NCBI GenBank assembly: GCA_965227295.1
Contig: OZ245742.1
Span: forward strand, 1,248,001 to 1,312,000
Length of the DNA stretch: 64,000 nt
Direction: 5' to 3'
DNA from: Leptonemataceae bacterium
GTDB lineage: Bacteria > Spirochaetota > Leptospiria > Leptospirales > Leptonemataceae
The notes under the pieces: model-generated
Told to the model about the DNA's origin: nothing
Seen by the model: the letters and a program-made list of their open reading frames with translations, nothing else
Database searches by the model: none
Translations under genes and position numbers: made by a program
In this document: positions 50,450 to 58,759 of the stretch, one piece after another
Layout: each line of letters opens with the position of its first letter
Position numbering within the stretch: the stretch's first letter is position 1

Positions 50450-51415
50450 CTATCTCCGGGACAGAATTTTCGCGATCCGATTGACGAGATATTGATCGAA
50501 GTCCGGGTGATTGGCGATTTCAAAGAGTTCGGCTCTGCCAGCGATATGCATTCTGAAGGATGCAAGGAACTCCTGCAAACTATCGGGCTTGCTACTGTTT
50601 ATATATCCGATAATACCGTTTATTGATTGTATTGCCTTGCGGGCTCGCTCCTCGGGGTAGAAATTATACACTATGCCTTCCAGGATCTCTTTCGGGTCCT
50701 GGCCGGTCGGCGGGATCGGCGACTCTTCGTAGGATCCAAATCTCCAGAAATAGACATCGTAATAGATGGATTCTATAATGTCGTGATCGGATGAAAACTC
50801 AGAATAATATCCAGGATCTAAGAACTCGCGATCTCTCTGGATATAGCACTGGGTCCCGGGCGAGCGAAAATTACCGATGATCCGTTTCGTCTTGTCCGCG
50901 ACAACGATCAATACCCCGGAAGGAAGTTCTCTGTAGAGCGCGATAACCGCGGCATGCAGCGAAATTCCGGCCTGTTTCTGAATCGTTTCCAATGCGGATC
51001 GCAGGTTTTCTTTTGCGAGACCCTGAATCCATTCCAGTGGCGCCAGCAATTCAGAAGCGAATCGATTTGCTTCCGCCTCCATAGCGTTATATATGTGCGC
51101 ATTGCCGATGTGGTTCCACGAATCGGTGTGGCAGCAAATCGTGCCGACGTGCCAGGGGATGAATAAGTGTCCGAGTTCGTGGGCTATTGTGAAGCGCTTT
51201 CGTGTTCTTGGAATGGTCGTATTGAGAATGATCTCCGGTTTCTCGTGACCCGTGTCTGCGCCGACTATGATCGCGTCGACATGGAAGGGAATAACGATCT
51301 CCTTGATCCTTGCGAAGCGGCGTGCGAAAGCAAAGATATCGACCGCTCGATTGTACTGGTATCTTTCCCGGACTCTCCTTGCGATAGCAAGTTCCGCCCG
51401 TAAATCAGTATCCAT
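50450..51415 (-). CDS. ImmA/IrrE family metallo-endopeptidase with C-terminal extension
   Basis: RKRFTIAHELGH (HExxH) and EAEANRFASELL. Confidence 0.9.
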   Translation of the reverse strand: MDTDLRAELAIARRVRERYQYNRAVDIFAFARRFARIKEIVIPFHVDAIIVGADTGHEKPEIILNTTIPRTRKRFTIAHELGHLFIPWHVGTICCHTDSWNHIGNAHIYNAMEAEANRFASELLAPLEWIQGLAKENLRSALETIQKQAGISLHAAVIALYRELPSGVLIVVADKTKRIIGNFRSPGTQCYIQRDREFLDPGYYSEFSSDHDIIESIYYDVYFWRFGSYEESPIPPTGQDPKEILEGIVYNFYPEERARKAIQSINGIIGYINSSKPDSLQEFLASFRMHIAGRAELFEIANHPDFDQYLVNRIAKILSRR

Positions 51416-51736
51416 CTATTTCAAATGACCGGACTGCTTTAACCAGTCGAATAAGCTCCTGGCTTCCTCTGGAGAGGCCGCACGGGCTGCGATTTGCTGG
51501 CCACTATGTTGATGAACAATATCGTCGAAGGGGATGCCGTTTTGTCGTGCGAAGAGAATGTAACGCAGGAAATCCGGCCGTTCCACCCAGTAACCGTACT
51601 CCATCTCATTCATACCGAGAAACTCGTGCAGCTTAAGACTGGAGTCGGATTCGTGCCACTCGTCAATTGCGTCATCGATTTCATCGGCCAAAAAGCGGCC
51701 TTCCAGGCAGGATTGTACGAAATTTTTATACATCAA
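51416..51736 (-). CDS. Small acidic protein, candidate immunity protein/antitoxin
   Basis: Overlaps the toxin stop and abuts the protease start; DEIDDAIDEWH..LHEFLGM. Confidence 0.6.
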   Translation of the reverse strand: MMYKNFVQSCLEGRFLADEIDDAIDEWHESDSSLKLHEFLGMNEMEYGYWVERPDFLRYILFARQNGIPFDDIVHQHSGQQIAARAASPEEARSLFDWLKQSGHLK

Positions 51737-51956
51737 GAGTCCTCCCTTTCACAGCTTCTTTGATAAAATGCCCTGTGATCGCGTCCAGGCTGCCCAGGTG
51801 CTTTCCCCTTTTGTTAAAGGCTTCTATTTCTCCGTGCTGAGAATCCCACGTAAAATAACGATCATGGCGGGGGGAGCGCCAGACCTTCCGCCCCTCTCGA
51901 ATGCCGAAATACTCGCAGTTCGTAAAAAGAAAGCAATTATCCGGCGGTACGCGCAA
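51726..51956 (-). CDS. Stand-alone colicin E3-like ribonuclease domain
   Basis: RYFTWDSQHGEIEAFNKRGKHLGSLDAITG closely resembles the colicin E3 cytotoxic motif YEWDSQHGELEGY..GQHLGSFDPKTG; TTG start. Confidence 0.8.
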   Translation of the reverse strand: MRVPPDNCFLFTNCEYFGIREGRKVWRSPRHDRYFTWDSQHGEIEAFNKRGKHLGSLDAITGHFIKEAVKGRTLDV

Positions 51957-52148
51957 AATAGACCAGAGTCCCCGGGGTACAAGCGTATTTTTTGACCCCT
52001 TGTACCATCACCGCGACATATTTTCTCAAAAAGTGACGGGCGGATGAATTGTACCAGTGCTTTTTTGAATTTTTCTCAAACTCCCGCGCCCCTCGTACCA
52101 CCATGGAAAAACAATTGCCGCAAAGCCCGCCCCGGGATTCCGGAGCAT

Positions 52149-54761
52149 ATGACCGCATTCCTGAAGGACTGGCCGTTCGATCGGCGCATGCGTCTGCTCG
52201 GCGCCTACTTCCTCATCTACGTTGCTCTGCTTACTGTAAACCGTCTCATCTTCACGCTCGCCTACGCGTATCGTCTGGAAGATGAGCCGTTCACGAACGT
52301 CCTGCTCGCCTTCGCCATCGGTCTGCGTTTCGACGGTTCCGCGGCGGCCACGCTCATCGCCCCGTTCTTTTTGCTGGCGAGTGTGAACTTCTTAAATCGC
52401 TTCGCCGTGTATCGTTCCGTATGGAGCTTCGGTCCCATCGTCGTGCTGGTGGGAGTCATCGCGCTTTGCGTCGCCGATCTCATCTACTACGAGAACGGCA
52501 ACAAACACATCGGCTACGAGGCCTTCGCCTTTCTCGGCGACATCGGCCTGCTGTTCGGTTCCGCGCTGAGCCAGGATCCGTTGCGTGTCGTCGGTGGATT
52601 GCTGGCGCTCGGCCTGGTCATCGGCGGTGCTGTCTATCTCTACGCGCGTTACGTTCGCACGGAGTACGTCCCCGAGCGCATCGGCAAGGGCATCGGCCGT
52701 TTCGTGGTGTTGACCCTGCTGCTGATCATCGCGTTTCGCTCCGGATTGCAGGAGCGCATCATGCGTGCCGGGGAAGCCATCATCTCGCAGAATGATTTTT
52801 TAAACAACGTCGGCCTCAATCCGGTGTTCACCACGGTGGCGGATCTACGCAGCTTCTCCGTACCGGACTATCAGACCATGCCTCTCGATGAGGCCGTTTA
52901 CCTCGTGCGCCGGGAACTGGATTACGAAGGGGCAAGCTTCGTAAGCGACGAGTATCCCTTGCTGCGCAAGACCGCAACGACGCGCAACGGTCGCCCGCCG
53001 AACATCGTGCTCATCCTCATGGAAAACTGGACCGGTAAGTTCATCAAACCCATCGGCGGCGGCATGGTGGACGGCAAAGAAGTGACTCCGCGTTTCAATC
53101 AACTGGCCAACGAAGGTGTCTTCTTTCGAAACTTTGTGGCCACCGGCGGGCGCACGACGAGCGGGTTATTGGCCACGCTGACGGGTATGCCGGAAAAACC
53201 GGGCCTCACTGTTTTTCGTACGCACCACGTCGTGGGTACCTTTCGCGGCCTGCCGGAAATTTTGCGCGAGCTGGGTTACCATACCCTCTTCGTAACCGGC
53301 GGTCCGCTGGAGTTTACGAACAAGATCAACATCCTGCCGCAGTGGGGATTCACGGAAGTCCTGGGTCGTCGTCACATGGCGAAGATGGGCGATTACGAGG
53401 CCGACGCCTGGGGTTACTACGATGAAGACATCTTTCGTGTGTTCCGGGATCGCCTGTCCGCCCTGCACGCCGAGAATCCCGATCGTCCTTTCTTTGCCGT
53501 GGCGGAGTCACTCACGACGCACTATCCCTACGAGTTGCCCCACGAACGCTTCGCCATCTTCGACGACAGCACGCGGGACTACGAATTCCTGAACGTCTAT
53601 CACTACTCCGACTGGGCCCTGGGCGAACTCATGGACCGCCTGCGCACGGAGCCGTACTTCGACGACACCCTCTTTGTAATTATGGCGGATCATACTCACC
53701 ACCGCTATCTCAATTATTACGAGGACCGGCAAATCCCCGCCCTGTTCTATCAACCGTCTCGCCTGCGTCCCGAGGTGCGGGAACAGATCGCCACCCAGAC
53801 CGATCTCATTCCCACGCTGTTGAGCATGGTCGGGAAAGAAACCTACTTCTCCGCCATGGGCCGGGATCTCTTCGCGCCGGACATCAGCGAGTCGGCGTAC
53901 TTCGTCCACGGAAACTACTTCGGCTGGATCGAGAAGGATATCTTCTATTATCAGCTAACGGACGCGCTCTTCGGCGTCGGCTACAAACCCGACGAAACCG
54001 ATTTCGAAAAACCGCCGTGCGTCAGCGAACGCGGCGACTGTGACGTCTATCAACGCAAGAGCCTCGCGTTTCTCAATGCGAGCAATCGTCTCATCGATGC
54101 CAATCGCGTGTATCCGCCGGCGACGACGGACGGCCCGGAGCCTGTCGCGGCGAAAGACCTGGAACGGACGGGGTGTCCGGTGCACTCCGGAATTCTGGAG
54201 CGGGACCTGGAAGCCCGGGCCCTGGCGTTCGAAGCAGTGCGGGAAGCGGCGCGCTCTCCCTGGATTCCGCGTGCCACCGTGATCAACCAAATGTTAACAT
54301 ACATTCCGCCGACGAAGTCTGCACGCCGGGAGACGGCGGCCGCGTACTACGACAGCCAGTACTTTAAAGATGCCCGCGCCCGGCGTCCGGTGCGACCGAC
54401 CCGGCGTGAAGAGCAGGGCGTGGGCGCGGAACAACGTTCCGACGTCGGCGTGCATCTTTTGAAAATGGCCCCGGACTATCGTAGCGCCGAAGTCATTATG
54501 CGCATTGAAACGATCATCGAGAATCCGGAGGCCCTGGCGCTTGTACGGGAACGGGAGCAGGCCATGCTGGAGCGCGCGGCCCAACGGAAGGCGGACGACG
54601 CATCCACGGATGACGGGAGCGAATCGGCAAAGACACCCATGGTCCACCAGGATGTGCGCATGGGTCTCTCCCGATGGAAGCGCCACGACTGTCGTTGGTA
54701 TCCGGACCTGCCGGTGGGCAAGAACACGCAGGCGGGCAAACCGTCCGGGCCGCGGCCTTAG
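52149..54761 (+). CDS. LTA synthase/sulfatase family membrane protein with C-terminal extension
   Basis: Several N-terminal TMs, PNIVLILMEN, RTTSG, TTHYPY, ADH. Confidence 0.88.
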   Translation: MTAFLKDWPFDRRMRLLGAYFLIYVALLTVNRLIFTLAYAYRLEDEPFTNVLLAFAIGLRFDGSAAATLIAPFFLLASVNFLNRFAVYRSVWSFGPIVVLVGVIALCVADLIYYENGNKHIGYEAFAFLGDIGLLFGSALSQDPLRVVGGLLALGLVIGGAVYLYARYVRTEYVPERIGKGIGRFVVLTLLLIIAFRSGLQERIMRAGEAIISQNDFLNNVGLNPVFTTVADLRSFSVPDYQTMPLDEAVYLVRRELDYEGASFVSDEYPLLRKTATTRNGRPPNIVLILMENWTGKFIKPIGGGMVDGKEVTPRFNQLANEGVFFRNFVATGGRTTSGLLATLTGMPEKPGLTVFRTHHVVGTFRGLPEILRELGYHTLFVTGGPLEFTNKINILPQWGFTEVLGRRHMAKMGDYEADAWGYYDEDIFRVFRDRLSALHAENPDRPFFAVAESLTTHYPYELPHERFAIFDDSTRDYEFLNVYHYSDWALGELMDRLRTEPYFDDTLFVIMADHTHHRYLNYYEDRQIPALFYQPSRLRPEVREQIATQTDLIPTLLSMVGKETYFSAMGRDLFAPDISESAYFVHGNYFGWIEKDIFYYQLTDALFGVGYKPDETDFEKPPCVSERGDCDVYQRKSLAFLNASNRLIDANRVYPPATTDGPEPVAAKDLERTGCPVHSGILERDLEARALAFEAVREAARSPWIPRATVINQMLTYIPPTKSARRETAAAYYDSQYFKDARARRPVRPTRREEQGVGAEQRSDVGVHLLKMAPDYRSAEVIMRIETIIENPEALALVREREQAMLERAAQRKADDASTDDGSESAKTPMVHQDVRMGLSRWKRHDCRWYPDLPVGKNTQAGKPSGPRP

Positions 54762-54772
54762 CGCGGCAACCG

Positions 54773-55720
54773 TTAATCGATGCGTAAGATCTGATTGCCG
54801 GCACTTACGTAGAGGTCGTCGTCGACGGGGACCAGTCCGGCGGCGTTCGTAATCGTGGTGGAAAAGGGAAAGAACACAAAGCCGCGCCGTCCACCGAGAG
54901 ACATACGATACAGGTTGTTTACGCCGGCCGCATATACTCTTACGCCGTCGGTGGTGAGATGAGTCAACGTATCCTCGCTTACTTCAATGTCCGGGTCCGT
55001 GTCACGGTAGGCCTCGTCCAGGGCGTAGGCCCGCAATCGGCTGCCGCCCTCGTAAATCCAGAACAGGGCGTTGCCGTTCGTCGTCAGGTCCACGCCGTTG
55101 TGGATGCCCGACACCAGCAACTCGGCCGAACCTCCGTCCCGGGGGACGGTCACGACGCGGTCCGCTTCAAGGACAAAGATGCGATCGAGATCCAGCGCGA
55201 CAGCCCGGACGTCGGTGAAACCCGAGGCGAGTTCGATGATGTTGCCCGTAAGCACATCCACCCGGACCAGGGTCTGGTTGGAAAGCAGAGCATACACGTA
55301 TTGACTGCTGCTCGTGATGCTGAGGGGGGTGGCTGCAAACGTGGCGACGGATACGACCTGAGACGTGCGAATGTCCGCGCGACGAAGCCGCAGGTTGTCC
55401 TGGTCGGCGATGTAAAGACCGTTGCAGTCCGTGCTGATGTCACCCGGATGGCCGAAGCTGGCGGCTGTCGCAATGCCGTCCAGGTTGCCCGCCATGCTGC
55501 TGCCGACGAAGACCGACGCCGCCGGTTGCAGCCGAATCGCTTGCATTTCCTGGCCGTTGATTAGATTGCAGGTGATGGAATCGAGGTAGACGGCGTAGCC
55601 GCCCAGAAAGAGCAGAGCGTTGACCTCGTCATCGCTGCTCGCCTGGCTCCGGCAGGAGCCGATGAGGCTCAGGCAAACGAGCAACGTGAGTCGCATAAGG
55701 CCGTTGATTCTGCGGTTCAT
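54773..55720 (-). CDS. Probable lipoprotein with NHL-like beta-propeller
   Basis: Lipobox LIGSC; DGIATAASFGHPGDISTD..LYIAD. Confidence 0.65.
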   Translation of the reverse strand: MNRRINGLMRLTLLVCLSLIGSCRSQASSDDEVNALLFLGGYAVYLDSITCNLINGQEMQAIRLQPAASVFVGSSMAGNLDGIATAASFGHPGDISTDCNGLYIADQDNLRLRRADIRTSQVVSVATFAATPLSITSSSQYVYALLSNQTLVRVDVLTGNIIELASGFTDVRAVALDLDRIFVLEADRVVTVPRDGGSAELLVSGIHNGVDLTTNGNALFWIYEGGSRLRAYALDEAYRDTDPDIEVSEDTLTHLTTDGVRVYAAGVNNLYRMSLGGRRGFVFFPFSTTITNAAGLVPVDDDLYVSAGNQILRID

Positions 55721-55745
55721 AAAGCGTCCTCAATAAGATTACGTA

Positions 55746-57452
55746 GTGCAATCGGATGGCAATGAAAAAAAACCGGCGCCGGATTCCCGCGTGAATCTGG
55801 CGCACACTGTATTGAGAGATGCGCTCGATGCAAAAGGTTTCGCCGAATTTACCGTTCGGGGCGAAAGCATGTATCCGTTGCTTCGTCCCGGGATGACGAT
55901 CCGCGTTGTTCGCTGTGCGGAGAAAGATCTGCGCGTGGGAGACATCATCATCTTCCGCAGCCGCGACGATCTTCTGGCACATCGAATCGTCGCAAAGCAT
56001 GGCTCCTCCCTCTGGATCGCAAAAGGGGATAATACCTTCATTTCGGACGACCCCGTCGCTTTCGAGGAGATCCTCGGCCGGGTCATCGCCGTCGCCGGGG
56101 AGGAGTACATCTACGGTTCTCGCGACGTGATGCTTGCGCGGCTCTCGCACCGTCAGGGTCGCATCGTTTCCGAACTGCGTTCTCGCAGCGAACGCCGACG
56201 ATCGTCGACCGGCCGGCGCGTGAAACGCGAGAACGTCCTGGCCTGGCCGCTGCGCCTGGCGTTGCGTCCGTATCTGTGGTTGGTGCGTCTCATCGCGGCC
56301 GGACATCCGAACCGCGACGGCGGGCGCCTGCCCATGGACGACACAGTCGACATACATCCGGGCACGCTGCAAATGGTTCGCCGTCGTGCCGCGGTCGCCG
56401 GCCGGCCCGCCACGGATTTGAGCTGGGTCGCCGTGGATCCGTTGATCGGTTTTCTGGGCGATGCGTTGCGAACTTCACCGCCGCGACCGGAACGCCTGGC
56501 GAAGTACATGCAGACCTGGAACGCCGCGGTGCGGGCGCTGCGTTGCCTGGCGGACGCAAACATTCAGACAATCATCTTTAAGGGCCTGGTCTTCGCGGAA
56601 GAACTCTACGACAGCCCGTTGCATCGTCCCATGCGTGATGTGGATTTGCTCGTGCGCCCGGACGACTTCGCGGCGGCGTGTCGCTGTTTGTCGGCCGCGG
56701 GTTTTATGATTCATGACGACTTTCCGGAGCGGCGCCCCCATGCGGTTTCGGACGCGGAAGTTTTCCCGGCGGATGCGTGGGCGCCGGGAGAGCTGACCTT
56801 CGTCGATGAGCGCGGAGTGGAGATCGATCTGCACTGGCATCTGATTCCGGAACACTGGCTACGCCCATGCCGTAACATACTTTTAGATGAAGTCTGGCGA
56901 GACGCTCGCCCCTTTCAATTCGAAGGCGGCAGTGTCTGGACCATGAGTGACGTACATACGGCCGCGTACCTGACGTTGAATCTGAGCCGCAACGCTTATC
57001 GTTCTTTATTCGCGTACCTGGATCTGGATCGATTGTGGCGCCGGCAGGGCCGTGACTTCGCGCAAGAGTTCTTCGATACGTGTCGGCGCTGGCGCATTCG
57101 CATCGCCGCGGATTATGCCCTTCGTTACTTGAAGTATTTGTGCGACACTCCGGTACAGATTTCGCGGCGACTGCGCCTGCGTCCGGGTCTGCCGCGGCCG
57201 GTTCGTCTCTTAAAAGATTCGCGACGCTGGCGCAGTGACGGTTACATGTACTTCGTGCAACTGGCGACACTGGACCGGCTGCGCGACGCCCTGGGCGTCA
57301 TCGTGCGGTTGGTTCTTCCTCCGCGCGGTTGGTTGCGACGACGCTACGGTGAGCGGGCTTCGTTCGTCCATCACTGGAGGCACGTCTTTCGTGCTTTGAC
57401 GGAACGGCGGACGAACTCAGGGAATGCGGACGGAACCGATGGGACTCGTTGA
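55746..57452 (+). CDS. S24/S26 peptidase fused to a nucleotidyltransferase (NTP_transf_5-like)
   Basis: N-term GESMYPLL..GDIIIF..AHRIV..KGDN; C-term FKG..LY..RPMRDVDLLV..IDLHW. Confidence 0.85.
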   Translation: MQSDGNEKKPAPDSRVNLAHTVLRDALDAKGFAEFTVRGESMYPLLRPGMTIRVVRCAEKDLRVGDIIIFRSRDDLLAHRIVAKHGSSLWIAKGDNTFISDDPVAFEEILGRVIAVAGEEYIYGSRDVMLARLSHRQGRIVSELRSRSERRRSSTGRRVKRENVLAWPLRLALRPYLWLVRLIAAGHPNRDGGRLPMDDTVDIHPGTLQMVRRRAAVAGRPATDLSWVAVDPLIGFLGDALRTSPPRPERLAKYMQTWNAAVRALRCLADANIQTIIFKGLVFAEELYDSPLHRPMRDVDLLVRPDDFAAACRCLSAAGFMIHDDFPERRPHAVSDAEVFPADAWAPGELTFVDERGVEIDLHWHLIPEHWLRPCRNILLDEVWRDARPFQFEGGSVWTMSDVHTAAYLTLNLSRNAYRSLFAYLDLDRLWRRQGRDFAQEFFDTCRRWRIRIAADYALRYLKYLCDTPVQISRRLRLRPGLPRPVRLLKDSRRWRSDGYMYFVQLATLDRLRDALGVIVRLVLPPRGWLRRRYGERASFVHHWRHVFRALTERRTNSGNADGTDGTR

Positions 57453-57902
57453 ACAGGAGTCGGCCGCGTCCGTGTCTGTCGGGCAGGCTTCGTAGAGTTT
57501 CAGGGTGCCCCCGTGTTCCGCGAGCATGCCGGCGGAAACCGTAATCAGAATGGTGTGTCGATCGCCGGCGGCCACTTCCAGTTCCAGCGGCTGGGCGTAC
57601 TCTTCGTCTCCTCGCGGGTTTTGTAAGAGCAGGGGCGCGGGCCGGTCGTCGATCCAGGCGCGGATTTCTTTCAGTAAAATGATTTCATGAAAGCGCCCCG
57701 GGTTCTCCACTTCTATGCGTCCGACTTCCACGGCCGCCGATCGATCCGGCGGCACGGTCACCGCCTGGCGAAACAAGAATCGGGCGCGCGCCCGTCCGTC
57801 GTCTAATGTTGTACCAAAGAATATTAACGCAACAAAGAATGCCGTGATTCCGGCGCTCCAGAGAAGAGCCATTGTAGTCACGGAAGCACGGATGGTACTC
57901 AT
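57417..57902 (-). CDS. Small membrane-anchored hypothetical protein
   Basis: ATG at 57902 overlaps the methyltransferase stop (ATGA); one N-terminal TM. Confidence 0.55.
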   Translation of the reverse strand: MSTIRASVTTMALLWSAGITAFFVALIFFGTTLDDGRARARFLFRQAVTVPPDRSAAVEVGRIEVENPGRFHEIILLKEIRAWIDDRPAPLLLQNPRGDEEYAQPLELEVAAGDRHTILITVSAGMLAEHGGTLKLYEACPTDTDAADSCSTSPIGSVRIP

Positions 57903-58735
57903 GATGCCGCGCCTGTCAGGGCGAAGTGCACCTGCTCGACGGCCGGGGCGAGGGCGCCCTCTTCGACGTCGACAATGTGCAGGCCGGCCGCGGCGAACTC
58001 GGCTTCGACTTCCGCGCGGTTCCGGAAGTAGTGAATGAACTCCACTCGAAAATGATCGCCGGACTGCACGGCCGTGTTGCCGAAGCTCAGGCAAGCGAGC
58101 GCCTTTTTCCACGCCATGAAGCGCCGACCGATCCCCGGGCCGATGTAGGCCGAGAGCACGATCACGCCGGATTCTCGTAACATTCGTTTACACTTTCTTA
58201 AGAGGTCCTCCCGGTGGCGTCGCCCGGGTATGCACGAGTACATGCCCGGAGAAATGATGACAACGTCGTAGAGCGGGGCGTCGGCATCATCCGGAAAGGC
58301 CGCGATGTTTTTGTCGAAAGGAACGACGCCGCGTTCGAAGTGAGCGCGGTCACCGAAACTCTGCGTATTTTGCCGCGCGCTTTCGAGGATGGCCGGGATG
58401 CCCTCGACGCCGGTGACGTGAAAGCCATGGTCGAGGAGCACCAGGGCCTCCCGGCCGCCGCCGCAAAAAAGGTCCAGGGCTTGCGGCGGCGCGGACTTGC
58501 TCCGGCCCCGGGCAATGGGAAAGACCCGGCGTTCGTACATAAGCCGTTCGCCCTCGGAAAGAAAACCGCTCCGATTCATGGCCGGCCCCTGCCAGACCGC
58601 GGCATGGCCGCTGTAGAGTCCGGCGCTGAACCGGGAGAGCCGGTCCGGTGGTAGAATGCAGAGCGTGGTCACGTCGACGGCGTTGCGGACGACGGTGGCG
58701 ATCTTGCGTAGAATGCGTACCAGAAGAATCTTCAT
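57899..58735 (-). CDS. Class I SAM-dependent methyltransferase
   Basis: ALDLFCGGGRE, VTGVE, YDVV. Confidence 0.88.
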   Translation of the reverse strand: MKILLVRILRKIATVVRNAVDVTTLCILPPDRLSRFSAGLYSGHAAVWQGPAMNRSGFLSEGERLMYERRVFPIARGRSKSAPPQALDLFCGGGREALVLLDHGFHVTGVEGIPAILESARQNTQSFGDRAHFERGVVPFDKNIAAFPDDADAPLYDVVIISPGMYSCIPGRRHREDLLRKCKRMLRESGVIVLSAYIGPGIGRRFMAWKKALACLSFGNTAVQSGDHFRVEFIHYFRNRAEVEAEFAAAGLHIVDVEEGALAPAVEQVHFALTGAAS

Positions 58736-58759
58736 AGAATTCGATGAGTGCGTTCGTTT

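Noticed and set aside
50390-52100. Prophage or ICE immunity region
   Set aside because: No integrase, HTH repressor, structural genes or att repeats recognised
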